A DNA stretch of 64,000 bases from Myxococcota bacterium (lineage in GTDB: Bacteria > Myxococcota_A > UBA796 > UBA2385), in the NCBI GenBank assembly GCA_023150805.1, contig JAKLKF010000021.1:1-64000 (forward strand), in the 5' to 3' direction. The notes below the pieces were generated by a model. It did no database searches, was not told the DNA's origin, and saw only the letters and a list, made by a program, of their open reading frames with translations. Shown here one piece after another: positions 8,117-21,019 of the stretch. The number at the start of each line of letters is the position of its first letter. Positions within the stretch are counted from its first letter, which is position 1. A program made the position numbers and the translations under genes.

Positions 8117-10110
8117 GGGGAGGCTCCGCCCGGCACGGGCAGGTCGAGGACCAGGCCGCCGTAGAACAGGCGGGGGTCGAGGTGGATGTACAGGGCGTCG
8201 CCGGCGTTCAGCAGGTTGTCCACGCCGCCGAACAGGCGCAGGCCGGCCGGCAGGCCCGCCCCCTGGCCCTCCCGCCGCTGCCAGGCCCGCGGCAGGACGG
8301 TCTTCTCGACGCGCAGCTTGAGGTTGGCGTAGGGGTCGGTGTCCAGGGCCTCCTCCACGCCGTCGGCGTCCTCGTCGACGTAGAAGCGGGTGGGGCCCAC
8401 CACCTCGCCACGGAGGGTGGCCTCGGCCAGGAGCCAGGGCGAGCGGGCGGTCAGGCCGAAGGTGCCGCGGTGGGGGGCCCGGCCGTCCAGGGGGCGCGCA
8501 GCGTCGCGGTCGTAGGTGAGGGTCAGCGTGTAGCCCAGGTCGGTGGCCAGGACCCGGGACAGGCGCAGGCGGGCGACCACCTCGCCGCCGGTGGTCCAGG
8601 CGCGGGCGACGTTGACGTAGCTGTAGGCCGCCGGCGAAGAGGCCGTCGCGTCCCGCACGAAGTCGATGGTGATGAGGTCCTGCAGGTCGGTGTACCAGCC
8701 GTCCAGCCGCAGGGTCAGCGCGCGGGAGGGCGCCGCCTCGACCCCGCCGGAGAGCCCCAGGCTGGTCTCGGGCCGCAGGTCGGGGTTGCCCTGCACCTGG
8801 TAGCCGGCGCTGGGGTTCTCGAAGAGCAGGAACATCTCCTTGAAGTCCGGCGCGCGGAAGCCCATGCCCCCGTTGATCCGCAGGGAGAGCCGCTCGGCGG
8901 CGTCCCAGCGCAGGGCCAGGCGCGGCGCGGGGTGCAGGCCGAACCAGGAGTCGGCGTCCAGCCGGGCGCTGGGCACCACCTCGAGCTGGTCGCGCGGCCC
9001 CAGGGTGATCGCGTCCTGGGCGAAGACGGCGCCGCGCCAGCGCTCCCCCGGCTCGGACAGGCGCGGCGAGTCCAGGGTCTCCCGCAGCCCCTCGCCGCCC
9101 AGGGTCAGCACCTGCCGCCCGCCCAGCACCTGGTCCCACTGGGCGTCGAGCTGGCCCAGCAGCTCGCGGCTGTCCTCGTACACGTCCAGGTCGCTGCCTC
9201 CGCGCTGGTCCAGGCTGTACTGGTCGCGGAACAGGTTGCCGGTGGCGGAGATCGACAGCTTGGAGGCCTGCCCCGGCAGCAGCTCGGCGCCCAGGCGCAG
9301 GCTCGTGTCCTCCGTCAGGTTGCGCCGGTCGAAGGTGGCGGCGCTCACCACGTCGACGCCGCTGCTGTCCCGCAGGCGGTAGCCGCCGTCCAGCAGCAGG
9401 CGCACCGCGGGCGAGAGCTTCCAGTCCAGGTCGCCCTCGCCCGAGAGCTGCGACGCGGCGTTGCCATCGGTCTGTTCATCCGAGGGATCCCAGTCGTAGC
9501 CGTCGGTGCGGTGCAGGCCGAAGGACAGGCCCGCCGCCCAGCTCTCCCGCCGCAGGCCCAGGGTCTCGCTGGCGTCGACGGTGTCGCGGCTGCCGTAGGA
9601 GGCGACCGCCTGGCTGCTCAGGCCCTGGTCCGGCTGCCGCGTGATGATGTTGATCACCCCGCCGATGGCGTCGCTGCCGTACAGGGCCGAGGCCGCGCCC
9701 TTGACGACCTCGATGCGATCGATGCGCTCGGCGGGGATCCGCGACAGGTCGACCACCCCGTCTCGCCGTCCGATGACGCGCTTGCCGTCGACCAGGATCA
9801 GCACGTACTGCGGGTCCAGGCCCTGCATCCGCACGCCCGCCCCGCGGAAGGAGCGCACCACCTCGACCCCGGGCACCGTCTCCAGCACCTCGCTGGCGTC
9901 GCTGGCCCCGCTCTCCAGCACCTGCTCCCGGGTGATCACGTCGGTGACGACGACGCTCTCGGACAGGGGGCGCTCGGTGCGGGTGCCGGTCACGACGACG
10001 ACCTCGCCGGCCTCCTCGTGCGGGGGCGGCTCCTCCTCCCCGGGCGCGGCGTCCTGCGCGCGCGCGGCGGGGCAGGACAGCAGGGCGGGCAGCAGGGTCG
10101 CGAGGGTCAT
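8113..10110 (-). CDS. TonB-dependent outer-membrane receptor
   Basis: Signal peptide, TonB box/plug (VVVTGTRTERPLSE...YGSDAIGGVINIIT), and a long beta-barrel region with a terminal aromatic residue. Confidence 0.85.
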   Translation of the reverse strand: MTLATLLPALLSCPAARAQDAAPGEEEPPPHEEAGEVVVVTGTRTERPLSESVVVTDVITREQVLESGASDASEVLETVPGVEVVRSFRGAGVRMQGLDPQYVLILVDGKRVIGRRDGVVDLSRIPAERIDRIEVVKGAASALYGSDAIGGVINIITRQPDQGLSSQAVASYGSRDTVDASETLGLRRESWAAGLSFGLHRTDGYDWDPSDEQTDGNAASQLSGEGDLDWKLSPAVRLLLDGGYRLRDSSGVDVVSAATFDRRNLTEDTSLRLGAELLPGQASKLSISATGNLFRDQYSLDQRGGSDLDVYEDSRELLGQLDAQWDQVLGGRQVLTLGGEGLRETLDSPRLSEPGERWRGAVFAQDAITLGPRDQLEVVPSARLDADSWFGLHPAPRLALRWDAAERLSLRINGGMGFRAPDFKEMFLLFENPSAGYQVQGNPDLRPETSLGLSGGVEAAPSRALTLRLDGWYTDLQDLITIDFVRDATASSPAAYSYVNVARAWTTGGEVVARLRLSRVLATDLGYTLTLTYDRDAARPLDGRAPHRGTFGLTARSPWLLAEATLRGEVVGPTRFYVDEDADGVEEALDTDPYANLKLRVEKTVLPRAWQRREGQGAGLPAGLRLFGGVDNLLNAGDALYIHLDPRLFYGGLVLDLPVPGGASP

Positions 10111-10206
10111 GGCCCGGCGGCCTAGCGCCCCGACCGCCGGCGATCAAGCCGGACAGCCGGACAGGGGCCCGGAAAGGAGATAGGCGCCGCCCCCCCCGGA
10201 GGTCTC

Positions 10207-13164
<2,958 letters not shown>

Positions 13165-13197
13165 CCCCGCCCGCCGCGGGTCCGCGGGCGACGGTCC

Positions 13198-14454
13198 TCA
13201 GCAGGGACAGTCGCAGTAGGGCACCTCGTTGGCCAGGTCCAGGGCGGCGCCCACCAGGCGCTGGCTGCCGGTGAGCTCCTCGACCAGGTACAGCAGGGGC
13301 TCCCCGCCGGGCTCCACGGCCAGCACCGGGCCCGCCTGCCAGCCGGTGGTCTCCACCAGGCCCAGCACCGCGGCGCCCTGCGCGTCCAGCAGGCCGGCGG
13401 CCGACCACACGAAGTCCTCGCCGCCGCAGTAGCGGTCGCCCTCGTCGGTCCACAGCCGCACCTGCACCCGCCGCAGGTCCCGCTCGCCGAGCCGGAGGGG
13501 GGACACCTCCCAGGCCACCTGGACGGTGCCCACCTCCTCGGCCAGCGACCGCCGCTGCCCCAGCTCGAGCTGCCACGCGACGGGCAGGTCCGGGGGCGCC
13601 TCCGTCGAGCCGGGGCCCCGGGGCAGGGCCCCCTGGGGGCGGCTGCCCGCGGGCAGCACCACCACGGCGTCGCAGCCCACCTGGGCGTACAGGTGCTCGT
13701 CCCCGCAACCCGGCGCGTCCATGGACCCCGCCTGGACCCAGCCCCAGTGCGGCGTGCCGGCGACCCCCTTCACGAACCGCTCCAGCCGGCACTGCACGAG
13801 CCGCCCCGAGGCGTCGATCCCCGGCAGCTCGTCCCCCACCGTCCACGGCTCCATGGCGTGCACGGTGAGCGGCGCCGACCACGCGCTGCCCGAGGCGTCC
13901 AGCGGGCGCAGCGGCGGCGAGGTGGCGACCGCCTGGGCCTCGATCTCCGGGGCGAAGGGCAGCCGCGCGCCCGGACCGTGGACGAAGGCGACCGTCCCGC
14001 CGACCGGGGGCGGGCTCCGCCGGGCGGCGCAGGCCCGGTCCAGCTCGGGGCGGGCCCCGACCCAGGCCCCGGCCGGCTTGAGGTAGTGGTCGACCCCGCG
14101 CGCCTTCAGGCGGGAAGACAGCTCGCGGGCGGCCCCCACGTCGGCGAAGGCCCCGGCGACGACGATCTCGTAGCAGGGCATCAGGCCCTTGAAGGCCGTG
14201 GAGTCCAGGCGGGCCAGCGCCACCCCCGGCTCCTGCGCGGCCAGGGCCAGGCCGTCGGGCGCCGCGCCCGGGTGCAGGGACGAGGAGAGGATGACCAGGA
14301 CCTTGTCGCCGTAGGCGGCGGGATCGGCGGCGGGCGGGGCGGGGACCGCGGGCGCGGGCGCGGCGGCGGGGACCGGCCCGGCGGGGGCGGCCGCGGGCGC
14401 CTCCGGCTCGGCGGTGGGGCCCGAGGAGCAGGCGAGCAGGAGCAGGGCGAGCAT
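13198..14454 (-). CDS. Hypothetical lipoprotein (C-terminal CDCPC)
   Basis: ATG at 14454. MLALLLLACS lipobox followed by a Pro/Ala linker. GC3-biased frame. The first 94 codons of ORF 13198..14736 are a shadow. Confidence 0.55.
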   Translation of the reverse strand: MLALLLLACSSGPTAEPEAPAAAPAGPVPAAAPAPAVPAPPAADPAAYGDKVLVILSSSLHPGAAPDGLALAAQEPGVALARLDSTAFKGLMPCYEIVVAGAFADVGAARELSSRLKARGVDHYLKPAGAWVGARPELDRACAARRSPPPVGGTVAFVHGPGARLPFAPEIEAQAVATSPPLRPLDASGSAWSAPLTVHAMEPWTVGDELPGIDASGRLVQCRLERFVKGVAGTPHWGWVQAGSMDAPGCGDEHLYAQVGCDAVVVLPAGSRPQGALPRGPGSTEAPPDLPVAWQLELGQRRSLAEEVGTVQVAWEVSPLRLGERDLRRVQVRLWTDEGDRYCGGEDFVWSAAGLLDAQGAAVLGLVETTGWQAGPVLAVEPGGEPLLYLVEELTGSQRLVGAALDLANEVPYCDCPC

Positions 14455-14660
14455 CACGGCACCACGAACAGCAGGAGGGTGAGCCCGGCGCCGACGCCCC
14501 ACAGGAGCAGCGGGCCCCCGACCTGCCAGGGGTAGATCACGAGGGCCGCGGAGATGACCAGCTTGGCCGTGCTCTGCTGCTTGCGCGCGTAGCGCCAGCC
14601 GGCGACGCCGATCAGGCCGAAGATCAGGGAGGCGGCGAGGGAGCCGGGGTCGAAGGTCAT
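14454..14660 (-). CDS. Small two-helix membrane protein (DUF2892/YgaP-like)
   Basis: ATG at 14660, stop overlaps the downstream lipoprotein start (ATGA). 68 aa, MTFDPGSLAASLIFGLIGVAGWRYARKQ...LLLWGVGAGLTLLLFVVP. Every codon is GC3. Confidence 0.5.
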   Translation of the reverse strand: MTFDPGSLAASLIFGLIGVAGWRYARKQQSTAKLVISAALVIYPWQVGGPLLLWGVGAGLTLLLFVVP

Positions 14661-14689
14661 CGATCTGCCCGGGGCGGAGGTGGGACCGT

Positions 14690-15376
14690 TCAGGTCCCCG
14701 GCGCCCACCGGAAGGAGGGGGGGCCCGCCAGGCCACGCTCGCGGCGCAGGAAGCCCAGGAAGGGGTTGGTGCGCAGCTCCTGCTCCAGGGTGGTCATCGG
14801 CCCGTGGCCGCTCCACACCCGCATGTGGCCCGGCAGTGCCAGCAGGCGACGCAGGCTCTCGACCATCAGCGCCGGGTCGCTCATCGGGAAGTCGGTGCGG
14901 CCGATGCTGCCGGCGAACAGCGTGTCGCCCACGATGATGTCGGCGTCGTCGTGCCAGCAGCCCTGGCCGGGGGTGTGGCCGGGGGTGGACAGGAAGCGCA
15001 GGGTGGTCTGTCCGAGCTGCACCGTCTGTCCATCGTCCACCAGGTGGTCGATCCGACCACAGCGCACCGGCGGCATGGGGATGCCGAAGGCGCGGGCCTG
15101 CAGCGGCAGGGTGTCGAACAGGGGCTTCTCCAGCCGCGGCATGAAGGTGGGCACGTCGAAGGCGGCCTGCAGGGCGGGCAGGGCGCCGGCGTGGTCCAGG
15201 TGGGCGTGGGTGAGCAGGATCATCCGCACGTCGGGCCGCGGCGTCATCGCCAGCAGCCGGCGGGGCAGCTCGTCGGTCTCGCCGGTGTCCACGACGGCGC
15301 ACTGGCCGGTGGCCGTGTCGGTCAGCAGGTAGGTGTTGACCTGGAAGGCGCCGACGGTGATGGGCGTGACCTGCAC
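14690..15376 (-). CDS. MBL-fold metallo-hydrolase (glyoxalase II-like)
   Basis: GTG at 15376. HxHxDH motif (THAHLDHAG), later H and D ligands (TPGHTPG, GDTLF). Upstream of the small membrane protein and lipoprotein, same strand. Confidence 0.8.
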   Translation of the reverse strand: MQVTPITVGAFQVNTYLLTDTATGQCAVVDTGETDELPRRLLAMTPRPDVRMILLTHAHLDHAGALPALQAAFDVPTFMPRLEKPLFDTLPLQARAFGIPMPPVRCGRIDHLVDDGQTVQLGQTTLRFLSTPGHTPGQGCWHDDADIIVGDTLFAGSIGRTDFPMSDPALMVESLRRLLALPGHMRVWSGHGPMTTLEQELRTNPFLGFLRRERGLAGPPSFRWAPGT

Positions 15377-15444
15377 GGGGGCTCCGGGAGCGGGGGGCGG
15401 CGATCTAACGCGGGGGGGCTCCCCGGCCGCGGTAGGCTGGGCCC

Positions 15445-16485
15445 GTGCCCCGGACCCTCCCCCTCGCCCCCCTCCTGATCGCCGCGGCCCTCTCCCCCGG
15501 CGCGCTGGCCGCCCGTCCGCTGCCCGAGCGCCTCGTGCCCGCCCGCCCCCTGCCGACGCGGAGCGCGGCGGCGCCCCCTCCCCCCTCGCGCTGGGTCGCG
15601 GTGCGCGCCGACGCCTCCCACTGCCTGGCGACCGCCGACCCCCAGCCGCCGGGGGCGCCCTGCGTGCGCCTGGACGGGGCCGGGACGGGCGGCGCGGTCG
15701 CGGCCGGGGTGGTGGCCCAGGGGGACGGGACCTGGACGCTGCGCTGGGCGCGGCCCACCCGGGATGCCTGCCTCGCGGCGCCGCCCTACGGCCTGGCGGA
15801 CCTGGACCTCCAGGTGCGGGTCGACGCCGCCGCGGTGCTGCCGGTGGTGGCGCAGGCGACGACCCTGGACCTGGGCCAGGGCGCGCGCCTGGAGCTGCGG
15901 CCGGGGCACCCGGTCTGGCCCGGCCCGGTCGTGCACGTCGCGGGCCTGGTGGTCCCCCTGCCCGGGGAGGTGCCGACGGCGACCGAGGTGACGCCGGCCC
16001 CCGGCGCCTGGGTGGACCTGCCCGACATGCAGGTGGCGGCCTCGGCGCTGCCGCCGGTGGGGGGCCTGCCCCTGGCGACCCTGTCGACGGCGCCCCTGGC
16101 CGCGGAGTGGGACCAGGCCGGCAGCGCCGTCGTGCTGCGGGACGCCTGCGCCCGGCTGGCCCTGCCGGTGGAGGGGGGGGTGGCGCCCGGCAGGCCGCCC
16201 CCCGGCGGGCGCACCGTGCACACCCGCAAGGTGGAGGGCACGCTGGTCGAGGGCACGGTCCTGACCCTGCCGGCGGGCCGGCCGGTGGGCCAGGTGACGG
16301 CGAACCTGGTGCTGGGCCCCTGGCAGGCGGCGGCGGGCTCGTCGGGCGAGGTGCCCCTGGCCGCCACGCTGGCCAGCGCCCAGGGCGGCAGGACCTGCCT
16401 GGTGGTGCCGACCAGCGCCGAGCTGTCCCTGCCCACCGAGCAGCGCAGCCTGGTGCTCTGCACCGCCACCCACGCGTTGAAGTGA
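15445..16485 (+). CDS. Secreted hypothetical protein
   Basis: GTG at 15445. Signal peptide MPRTLPLAPLLIAAALSPGALAA. GC3-biased. The opposite-strand ORF is Arg/Gly-rich junk. Confidence 0.5.
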   Translation: MPRTLPLAPLLIAAALSPGALAARPLPERLVPARPLPTRSAAAPPPPSRWVAVRADASHCLATADPQPPGAPCVRLDGAGTGGAVAAGVVAQGDGTWTLRWARPTRDACLAAPPYGLADLDLQVRVDAAAVLPVVAQATTLDLGQGARLELRPGHPVWPGPVVHVAGLVVPLPGEVPTATEVTPAPGAWVDLPDMQVAASALPPVGGLPLATLSTAPLAAEWDQAGSAVVLRDACARLALPVEGGVAPGRPPPGGRTVHTRKVEGTLVEGTVLTLPAGRPVGQVTANLVLGPWQAAAGSSGEVPLAATLASAQGGRTCLVVPTSAELSLPTEQRSLVLCTATHALK

Positions 16486-16501
16486 CCGCATCGGACCGAC
16501 C

Positions 16502-17458
16502 ATGCTCGACCTCGCCCGCCTGCAAGCCATCCACCTCGTCGCCCGGCCACCCGGACAGCGGCTGTTCGCCAAGCTGCTGGCGCTGGACTACCGCTTCCCG
16601 CGGCGGACGGAGATCGTGGTCGAGGGCCTGGAGCGCATCCCCCAGGATCGCTCGGTCTTCCTGGCCATGAACCACACGGACCGGTACAACTACTGGCCCC
16701 TGCAATACCAGATGCACCGGCTGGGCCTGCGCTACACCGCGACCTGGGTCAAGGGCAAGTACTACCAGAACCCGCTGATGGCGTGGTTCATGGATCGCAC
16801 GGGCAACATCCCCCTGCCCAGCCGCGGCTACGTGGTCGCCGTGGCCTTCCAGCAGCGGCGGGGCCGCGCGCCGGATGGCGCCGAGTACCGGGCGCTGCGG
16901 GACCTGGTGGACGGCCAGGACGTACAGGCCCTGCCCCCCGCGGTGGCGACCTGGATGGCGGAGGAGGGCGGGGCGGAGGCCTGGGCGGAGGGCCAGCGCC
17001 GACGGTTCACCACGATGATGGACGAGGTGATGCGCATCCACCGCGAGGCGATGGCCGAGGGCCTGCACGTGCTGGTCTTCCCCGAGGGCACGCGCCGCAA
17101 GCGCCTGGGCCCCGGACACGCGGGCCTGCTGCAGGTGGCCTGGCACCTGGGGGCCGCGGTGGTGCCCATCGGCTGCAACGGCAGCGACCGGGTCTACCCG
17201 GGGAACAGCCCCTCCGCGAAGGGGGGGCGCATCGTCTACCGGGTGGGGCCGCCGCTGGAGCCGGACGGCCCGGAGCTGGGGCCGCACCGGGTGAAGGAGC
17301 CCTACACACCGTTCACGCTGGAGGCCGCGGCCCGCCACGGTCAGGCCTTCCAGGCCGGCACGGCGGTGATCATGGGCCACATCGCCGCGCTGCTGGACCC
17401 GGAGTATGCCCCGGGGGCTGAGCCCGGCCCCGAGGCCGGATCGGAGCGCTTCCTGTGA
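16502..17458 (+). CDS. Lysophospholipid acyltransferase (PlsC/LPLAT family)
   Basis: HX4D-like motif (NHTDRYN) and FPEGTR motif. Confidence 0.75.
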   Translation: MLDLARLQAIHLVARPPGQRLFAKLLALDYRFPRRTEIVVEGLERIPQDRSVFLAMNHTDRYNYWPLQYQMHRLGLRYTATWVKGKYYQNPLMAWFMDRTGNIPLPSRGYVVAVAFQQRRGRAPDGAEYRALRDLVDGQDVQALPPAVATWMAEEGGAEAWAEGQRRRFTTMMDEVMRIHREAMAEGLHVLVFPEGTRRKRLGPGHAGLLQVAWHLGAAVVPIGCNGSDRVYPGNSPSAKGGRIVYRVGPPLEPDGPELGPHRVKEPYTPFTLEAAARHGQAFQAGTAVIMGHIAALLDPEYAPGAEPGPEAGSERFL

Positions 17459-19371
17459 ACCTCCTCCTCCTGCTGACCCTGGCCTGCGGCTCGGACGACC
17501 AGGACGTCGTCTCCGGCTCCCCCTCGCCCTCGCCGGACGGCGGCGCCACCCACGCGGACGGGGGGGGCACCGGGGCGGACGGTGGCAGCGCGGACGGCGG
17601 CGGCGCCGATGGCGGCAGCCCCACGGTCGACGCCGACCTGGACGGTTCCCCGGCCGGGGAGGACTGCGACGACGACGACCCGGACGTCTTCCCCGGCCAG
17701 CAGGAGATCTGCGACGGGCGCGACCAGGACTGCGACAGCGTGCCCGACGACGGCGTCATCACCGACGGCGCGGGCTGCCAGGACCCCGGCGCGCCCGCCT
17801 TCCCCGAGGTGGTCGGCACCGTGCACCTGACCCTGCGCACGGCGACCGGCACCTACGACGGGAGCGACGACGGCGGCGTGCAGGTCTGCCTGGGCGAGGG
17901 GCGCTGCCTGAGCCCCTACCTGCCGGAGTGGAACGACCTGGAGCCCGGCGCCCGGGACGTGAGCGCGCACGAGGGGCTGGCCTGGTCCAGGGCGGACCTG
18001 GACCGGTTCACGGTCGGCACCACCGACGGCGAGGACCAGTGGCAGCCCGACGGCTTCCAGGTCAGCCTGGACGGAGAGGTCGTGTACTGCCGGCAGGTCG
18101 AGGGGCTGGAGATCGGCGACGCCTCCGACGAGGTGCTGAGCTGGACGGACCCCGAGGGGCTGTCGCTGGGATGTGACACGGTCTTCGAGGACCCGCTCAC
18201 CCACGGGCCGATGGTGGGCGCGACCGGCGACACCTGGGCCCGCATCTGGCTGCGCACGGACGCCACCCGCCACGTCACCGTCACCGTGGCCCCCGACGAG
18301 GCCGCGCTGGCCACCGCGCTGCCGGTCCACCACGCCTGGCCCGCCGCCGCGACCGACTTCGCCCACTCCTTCACCGTCCACGGCCTGCAGCCCGCCACCC
18401 GCTACGTCTACCGGGTCGAGGTGGACGGCCACGTGGACGGACCCCACGAGCTGGTGACCGCGCCCCTGCCCGACAGCCCGGGGATCTTCCGGATGGCCTT
18501 CGGCTCCTGCTCGAAGGACGACGAGCAGCCGGTGTTCGGCGCCGTCGTGGCCTGGGACCCCGACCTGTTCCTGTTCATCGGCGACAACCACTACGGCAAC
18601 ACCGACGACCTGTCCGACCTGCGGCAGCACTACCGCTGGGCCCACGAGCGCCCGCTGCGCCGGGACCTGCTCGCGCAGACGCCCATCCTGGCCACCTGGG
18701 ACGACCACGACTACGTCGGCAACAACACCGACGGCAGCGAGCCCGGCCGGGACACCGCGCTGCGCGTCTTCCAGGAGTACTGGGCCAACGCCTCCTACGG
18801 CCTGGAGGACACGCCGGGCGTGTTCAGCCGGCACCGCTGGGGCGACGTCGAGCTGTTCCTGCTGGACGGCCGCTACCACCGCGGCGTGGACGGCACGCTG
18901 CTGGGCGAGGCGCAGCTGGACTGGTTGATCGAGGGCCTGGCCGAGAGCGACGCCACCTTCAAGCTCCTGGCCAGCGGCAGCCAGTGGAGCCCCTACGGCA
19001 GTGACGACTCCTGGGCGGCCTGGGACGATGACCGGGAGCAGCTCTTCCAGGCGATCGTCGACGAGGGGGTGGAGGGCGTGGCCCTCCTCTCGGGCGACAT
19101 CCACCGCTTCGAGCTGCGGGAGCTCAGCCCGGCGCCGGGCGGCTACGTCCTGCCCGAGATCACCAGCAGCCCGATGGCCTACGCCGCGGGTTCCACCTGC
19201 GGCGACGACGCCAGCGAGCCCGATCGGCGCACCTGCCTGGACGGCTTCGACGGCTTCATCGGGCTCACGGTGGACACGACCCTGGACGATCCCACGCTGA
19301 CGGCGGAGATCGTGGACACGGCGGGGGGCGTGCACGAGGTCTGGACGATCCTGCGCTCCGAGCTGCGCTGA
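17455..19371 (+). CDS. Lipoprotein PhoD-like phosphatase with one N-terminal Cys-rich metal-binding motif
   Basis: GTGA overlap with the previous stop. MNLLLLLTLAC lipobox. CDDDDPDVFPGQQEICDGRDQDCD motif. PhoD/metallophosphatase motifs GDNHYG, WDDHDY and TRYVYRVEV. Confidence 0.8.
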   Translation: MNLLLLLTLACGSDDQDVVSGSPSPSPDGGATHADGGGTGADGGSADGGGADGGSPTVDADLDGSPAGEDCDDDDPDVFPGQQEICDGRDQDCDSVPDDGVITDGAGCQDPGAPAFPEVVGTVHLTLRTATGTYDGSDDGGVQVCLGEGRCLSPYLPEWNDLEPGARDVSAHEGLAWSRADLDRFTVGTTDGEDQWQPDGFQVSLDGEVVYCRQVEGLEIGDASDEVLSWTDPEGLSLGCDTVFEDPLTHGPMVGATGDTWARIWLRTDATRHVTVTVAPDEAALATALPVHHAWPAAATDFAHSFTVHGLQPATRYVYRVEVDGHVDGPHELVTAPLPDSPGIFRMAFGSCSKDDEQPVFGAVVAWDPDLFLFIGDNHYGNTDDLSDLRQHYRWAHERPLRRDLLAQTPILATWDDHDYVGNNTDGSEPGRDTALRVFQEYWANASYGLEDTPGVFSRHRWGDVELFLLDGRYHRGVDGTLLGEAQLDWLIEGLAESDATFKLLASGSQWSPYGSDDSWAAWDDDREQLFQAIVDEGVEGVALLSGDIHRFELRELSPAPGGYVLPEITSSPMAYAAGSTCGDDASEPDRRTCLDGFDGFIGLTVDTTLDDPTLTAEIVDTAGGVHEVWTILRSELR

Positions 19372-19377
19372 GCGGGA

Positions 19378-20961
19378 TCAGGGGCCGGGGCCTGCCCCTG
19401 CCAGCCAGGCGGCGGCCGGGGGATCGCGGTCGGACAGCTCCTGGACGAAGGCGGCCCGCTGGTCGGCGGCGCGGGTGGACAGCCCCTCGCCGACCCCTCG
19501 CCAGGCCGCCGCGCGCAGCTCGCCCAGCGGCCCCAGCGCCTCCACGACGACCTCGACCTCCCAGCGCGCGGCCACCGCGACGCCCCAGCCGGCGTCGGCC
19601 GCCAGGGCCTGGGGGTCGTGGCCCGCGGCCGACAGCGCCCGCAGGCGCCCGGACAGGCCGGGCCGAGGGGAAGGGTCGGGGAAGGGCTCGCCGAGCACGG
19701 GGTAGCCGAAGCGGCGCGAGAAGGCGGCGGCGAAGCCGGGGGTGGCCTGGGGCCCCCGCGCCGCGAGGAAGGCCTCGACCTCGGGGACGAGCGGCAGGGG
19801 TACGCGGTCCAGGCCGAGCGCCAGGTAGGCCTGGGGGTGGTAGCCCCGCAGGTCGACCGGCGACGGTCGGGTCCACACGGCGGCGTAGACGGGCAGGGCC
19901 AGCAGCGAGGGGGCCAGGGCCAGCGCCGCCCAGGCCCGGTGGCGGGTGGCGGCCAGGGCGGGCCACAGGAGCAGGGCGGGCAGCCAGGGCAGCAGGTAGC
20001 GGTGCTGCAGCTCGGGCCGGAAGGGCGAGAGGGCGGCGACGGACAGGAGGTGGACGAGGGGCAGGACCACCAGCAGGCGGGCGGGTGGGCGGGCGTCGCG
20101 GAGCAGCGGCAGGGCCGCCAGCAGGAGGAGCAGGCCCAGGGGCGCGGAGAGCCAGGCGGGGGCGGCCTCGCTGGCGACCAGCGGGACCGGCAGGTGGCCG
20201 GCCAGGCTCTGGAGCAGGGGCCCCGGCGCGAGGGCGCGCGCGAGCAGGGCGGGCACGGTCTGCGAGGGGTCCTCGGTGAGCGAGGCGCGCAGCCATGGCC
20301 AGGGGGTCGCCAGCGCGCCGAGCTGCAGGGGCAGCCAGCCGAGCGCCGCGGCGGGCAGGGCCAGCGGGCGGCGGCGGAGCAGGAGCAGCAGCAGGCCGGT
20401 GGGGGCGAGCACGGGCGCGAAGGCGACGCCCAGGCCGACCAGCAGGCCGAGCAGGAGGGGCGAGGCCGCCCAGGCCAGCAACCACGCCGCGGGGAACAGG
20501 GTCGCCTCGGGGTGGCTGCCCCAGGTGGTGAGCCACCACTGGCTGGCCCAGGGCACCGGCAGGGCCAGCGCGACCCCGGCGAGCAGGGCGGCGCGGGGGC
20601 CGCCCAGGCGCAGCGCCAGGCCGGTCCAGGCCAGCCAGCCGGCCGTCGACCACAGGACGGCGCTGGCCTTCAGCGCCGCGTGGGTGGGGCCGAACAGCAG
20701 GGACGCGGCGGCCGTGGTCAGCGAGACCGGCAGGAAGCCGCCGTGGTGCACCGCGCTGGCGGCGCCGAGCTGGCGCAGGAGGGCCGAGGAGGACAGCGTG
20801 CCGTCGTGCAGCGCCTGCGCCAGCCCGGCCAGCTCCAGCTCTGCCGGGTCCACGGGGTGGAGCAGGTCGGGGGCCCACAGGCAGAGCAGCGCCCGGAAGG
20901 TGGCGACCAGGGAGGCGCCGGCCAGCAGCGGGCCGAGGGGGCGGAGCGGGAGGCGGGCCAC
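19378..20961 (-). CDS. Polytopic integral membrane protein, possibly a GT-C (ArnT/PMT-like) glycosyltransferase
   Basis: 527 aa, Leu/Ala/Trp-rich with >10 hydrophobic segments. Competing ORFs on both strands are Arg-rich junk. Confidence 0.45.
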   Translation of the reverse strand: MARLPLRPLGPLLAGASLVATFRALLCLWAPDLLHPVDPAELELAGLAQALHDGTLSSSALLRQLGAASAVHHGGFLPVSLTTAAASLLFGPTHAALKASAVLWSTAGWLAWTGLALRLGGPRAALLAGVALALPVPWASQWWLTTWGSHPEATLFPAAWLLAWAASPLLLGLLVGLGVAFAPVLAPTGLLLLLLRRRPLALPAAALGWLPLQLGALATPWPWLRASLTEDPSQTVPALLARALAPGPLLQSLAGHLPVPLVASEAAPAWLSAPLGLLLLLAALPLLRDARPPARLLVVLPLVHLLSVAALSPFRPELQHRYLLPWLPALLLWPALAATRHRAWAALALAPSLLALPVYAAVWTRPSPVDLRGYHPQAYLALGLDRVPLPLVPEVEAFLAARGPQATPGFAAAFSRRFGYPVLGEPFPDPSPRPGLSGRLRALSAAGHDPQALAADAGWGVAVAARWEVEVVVEALGPLGELRAAAWRGVGEGLSTRAADQRAAFVQELSDRDPPAAAWLAGAGPGP

Positions 20962-21019
20962 CGGCAGAGGCTGCCACGAAGGGAGGGCCGCTGCCCGTCC
21001 GGCTGGCTAAGCCCGGCGG

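Noticed and set aside
10111-10206. Cobalamin or other riboswitch upstream of the TonB-dependent receptor
   Set aside because: Only 96 nt separate the divergent start codons, which is too short for a B12 riboswitch. No conserved riboswitch core sequence was seen.
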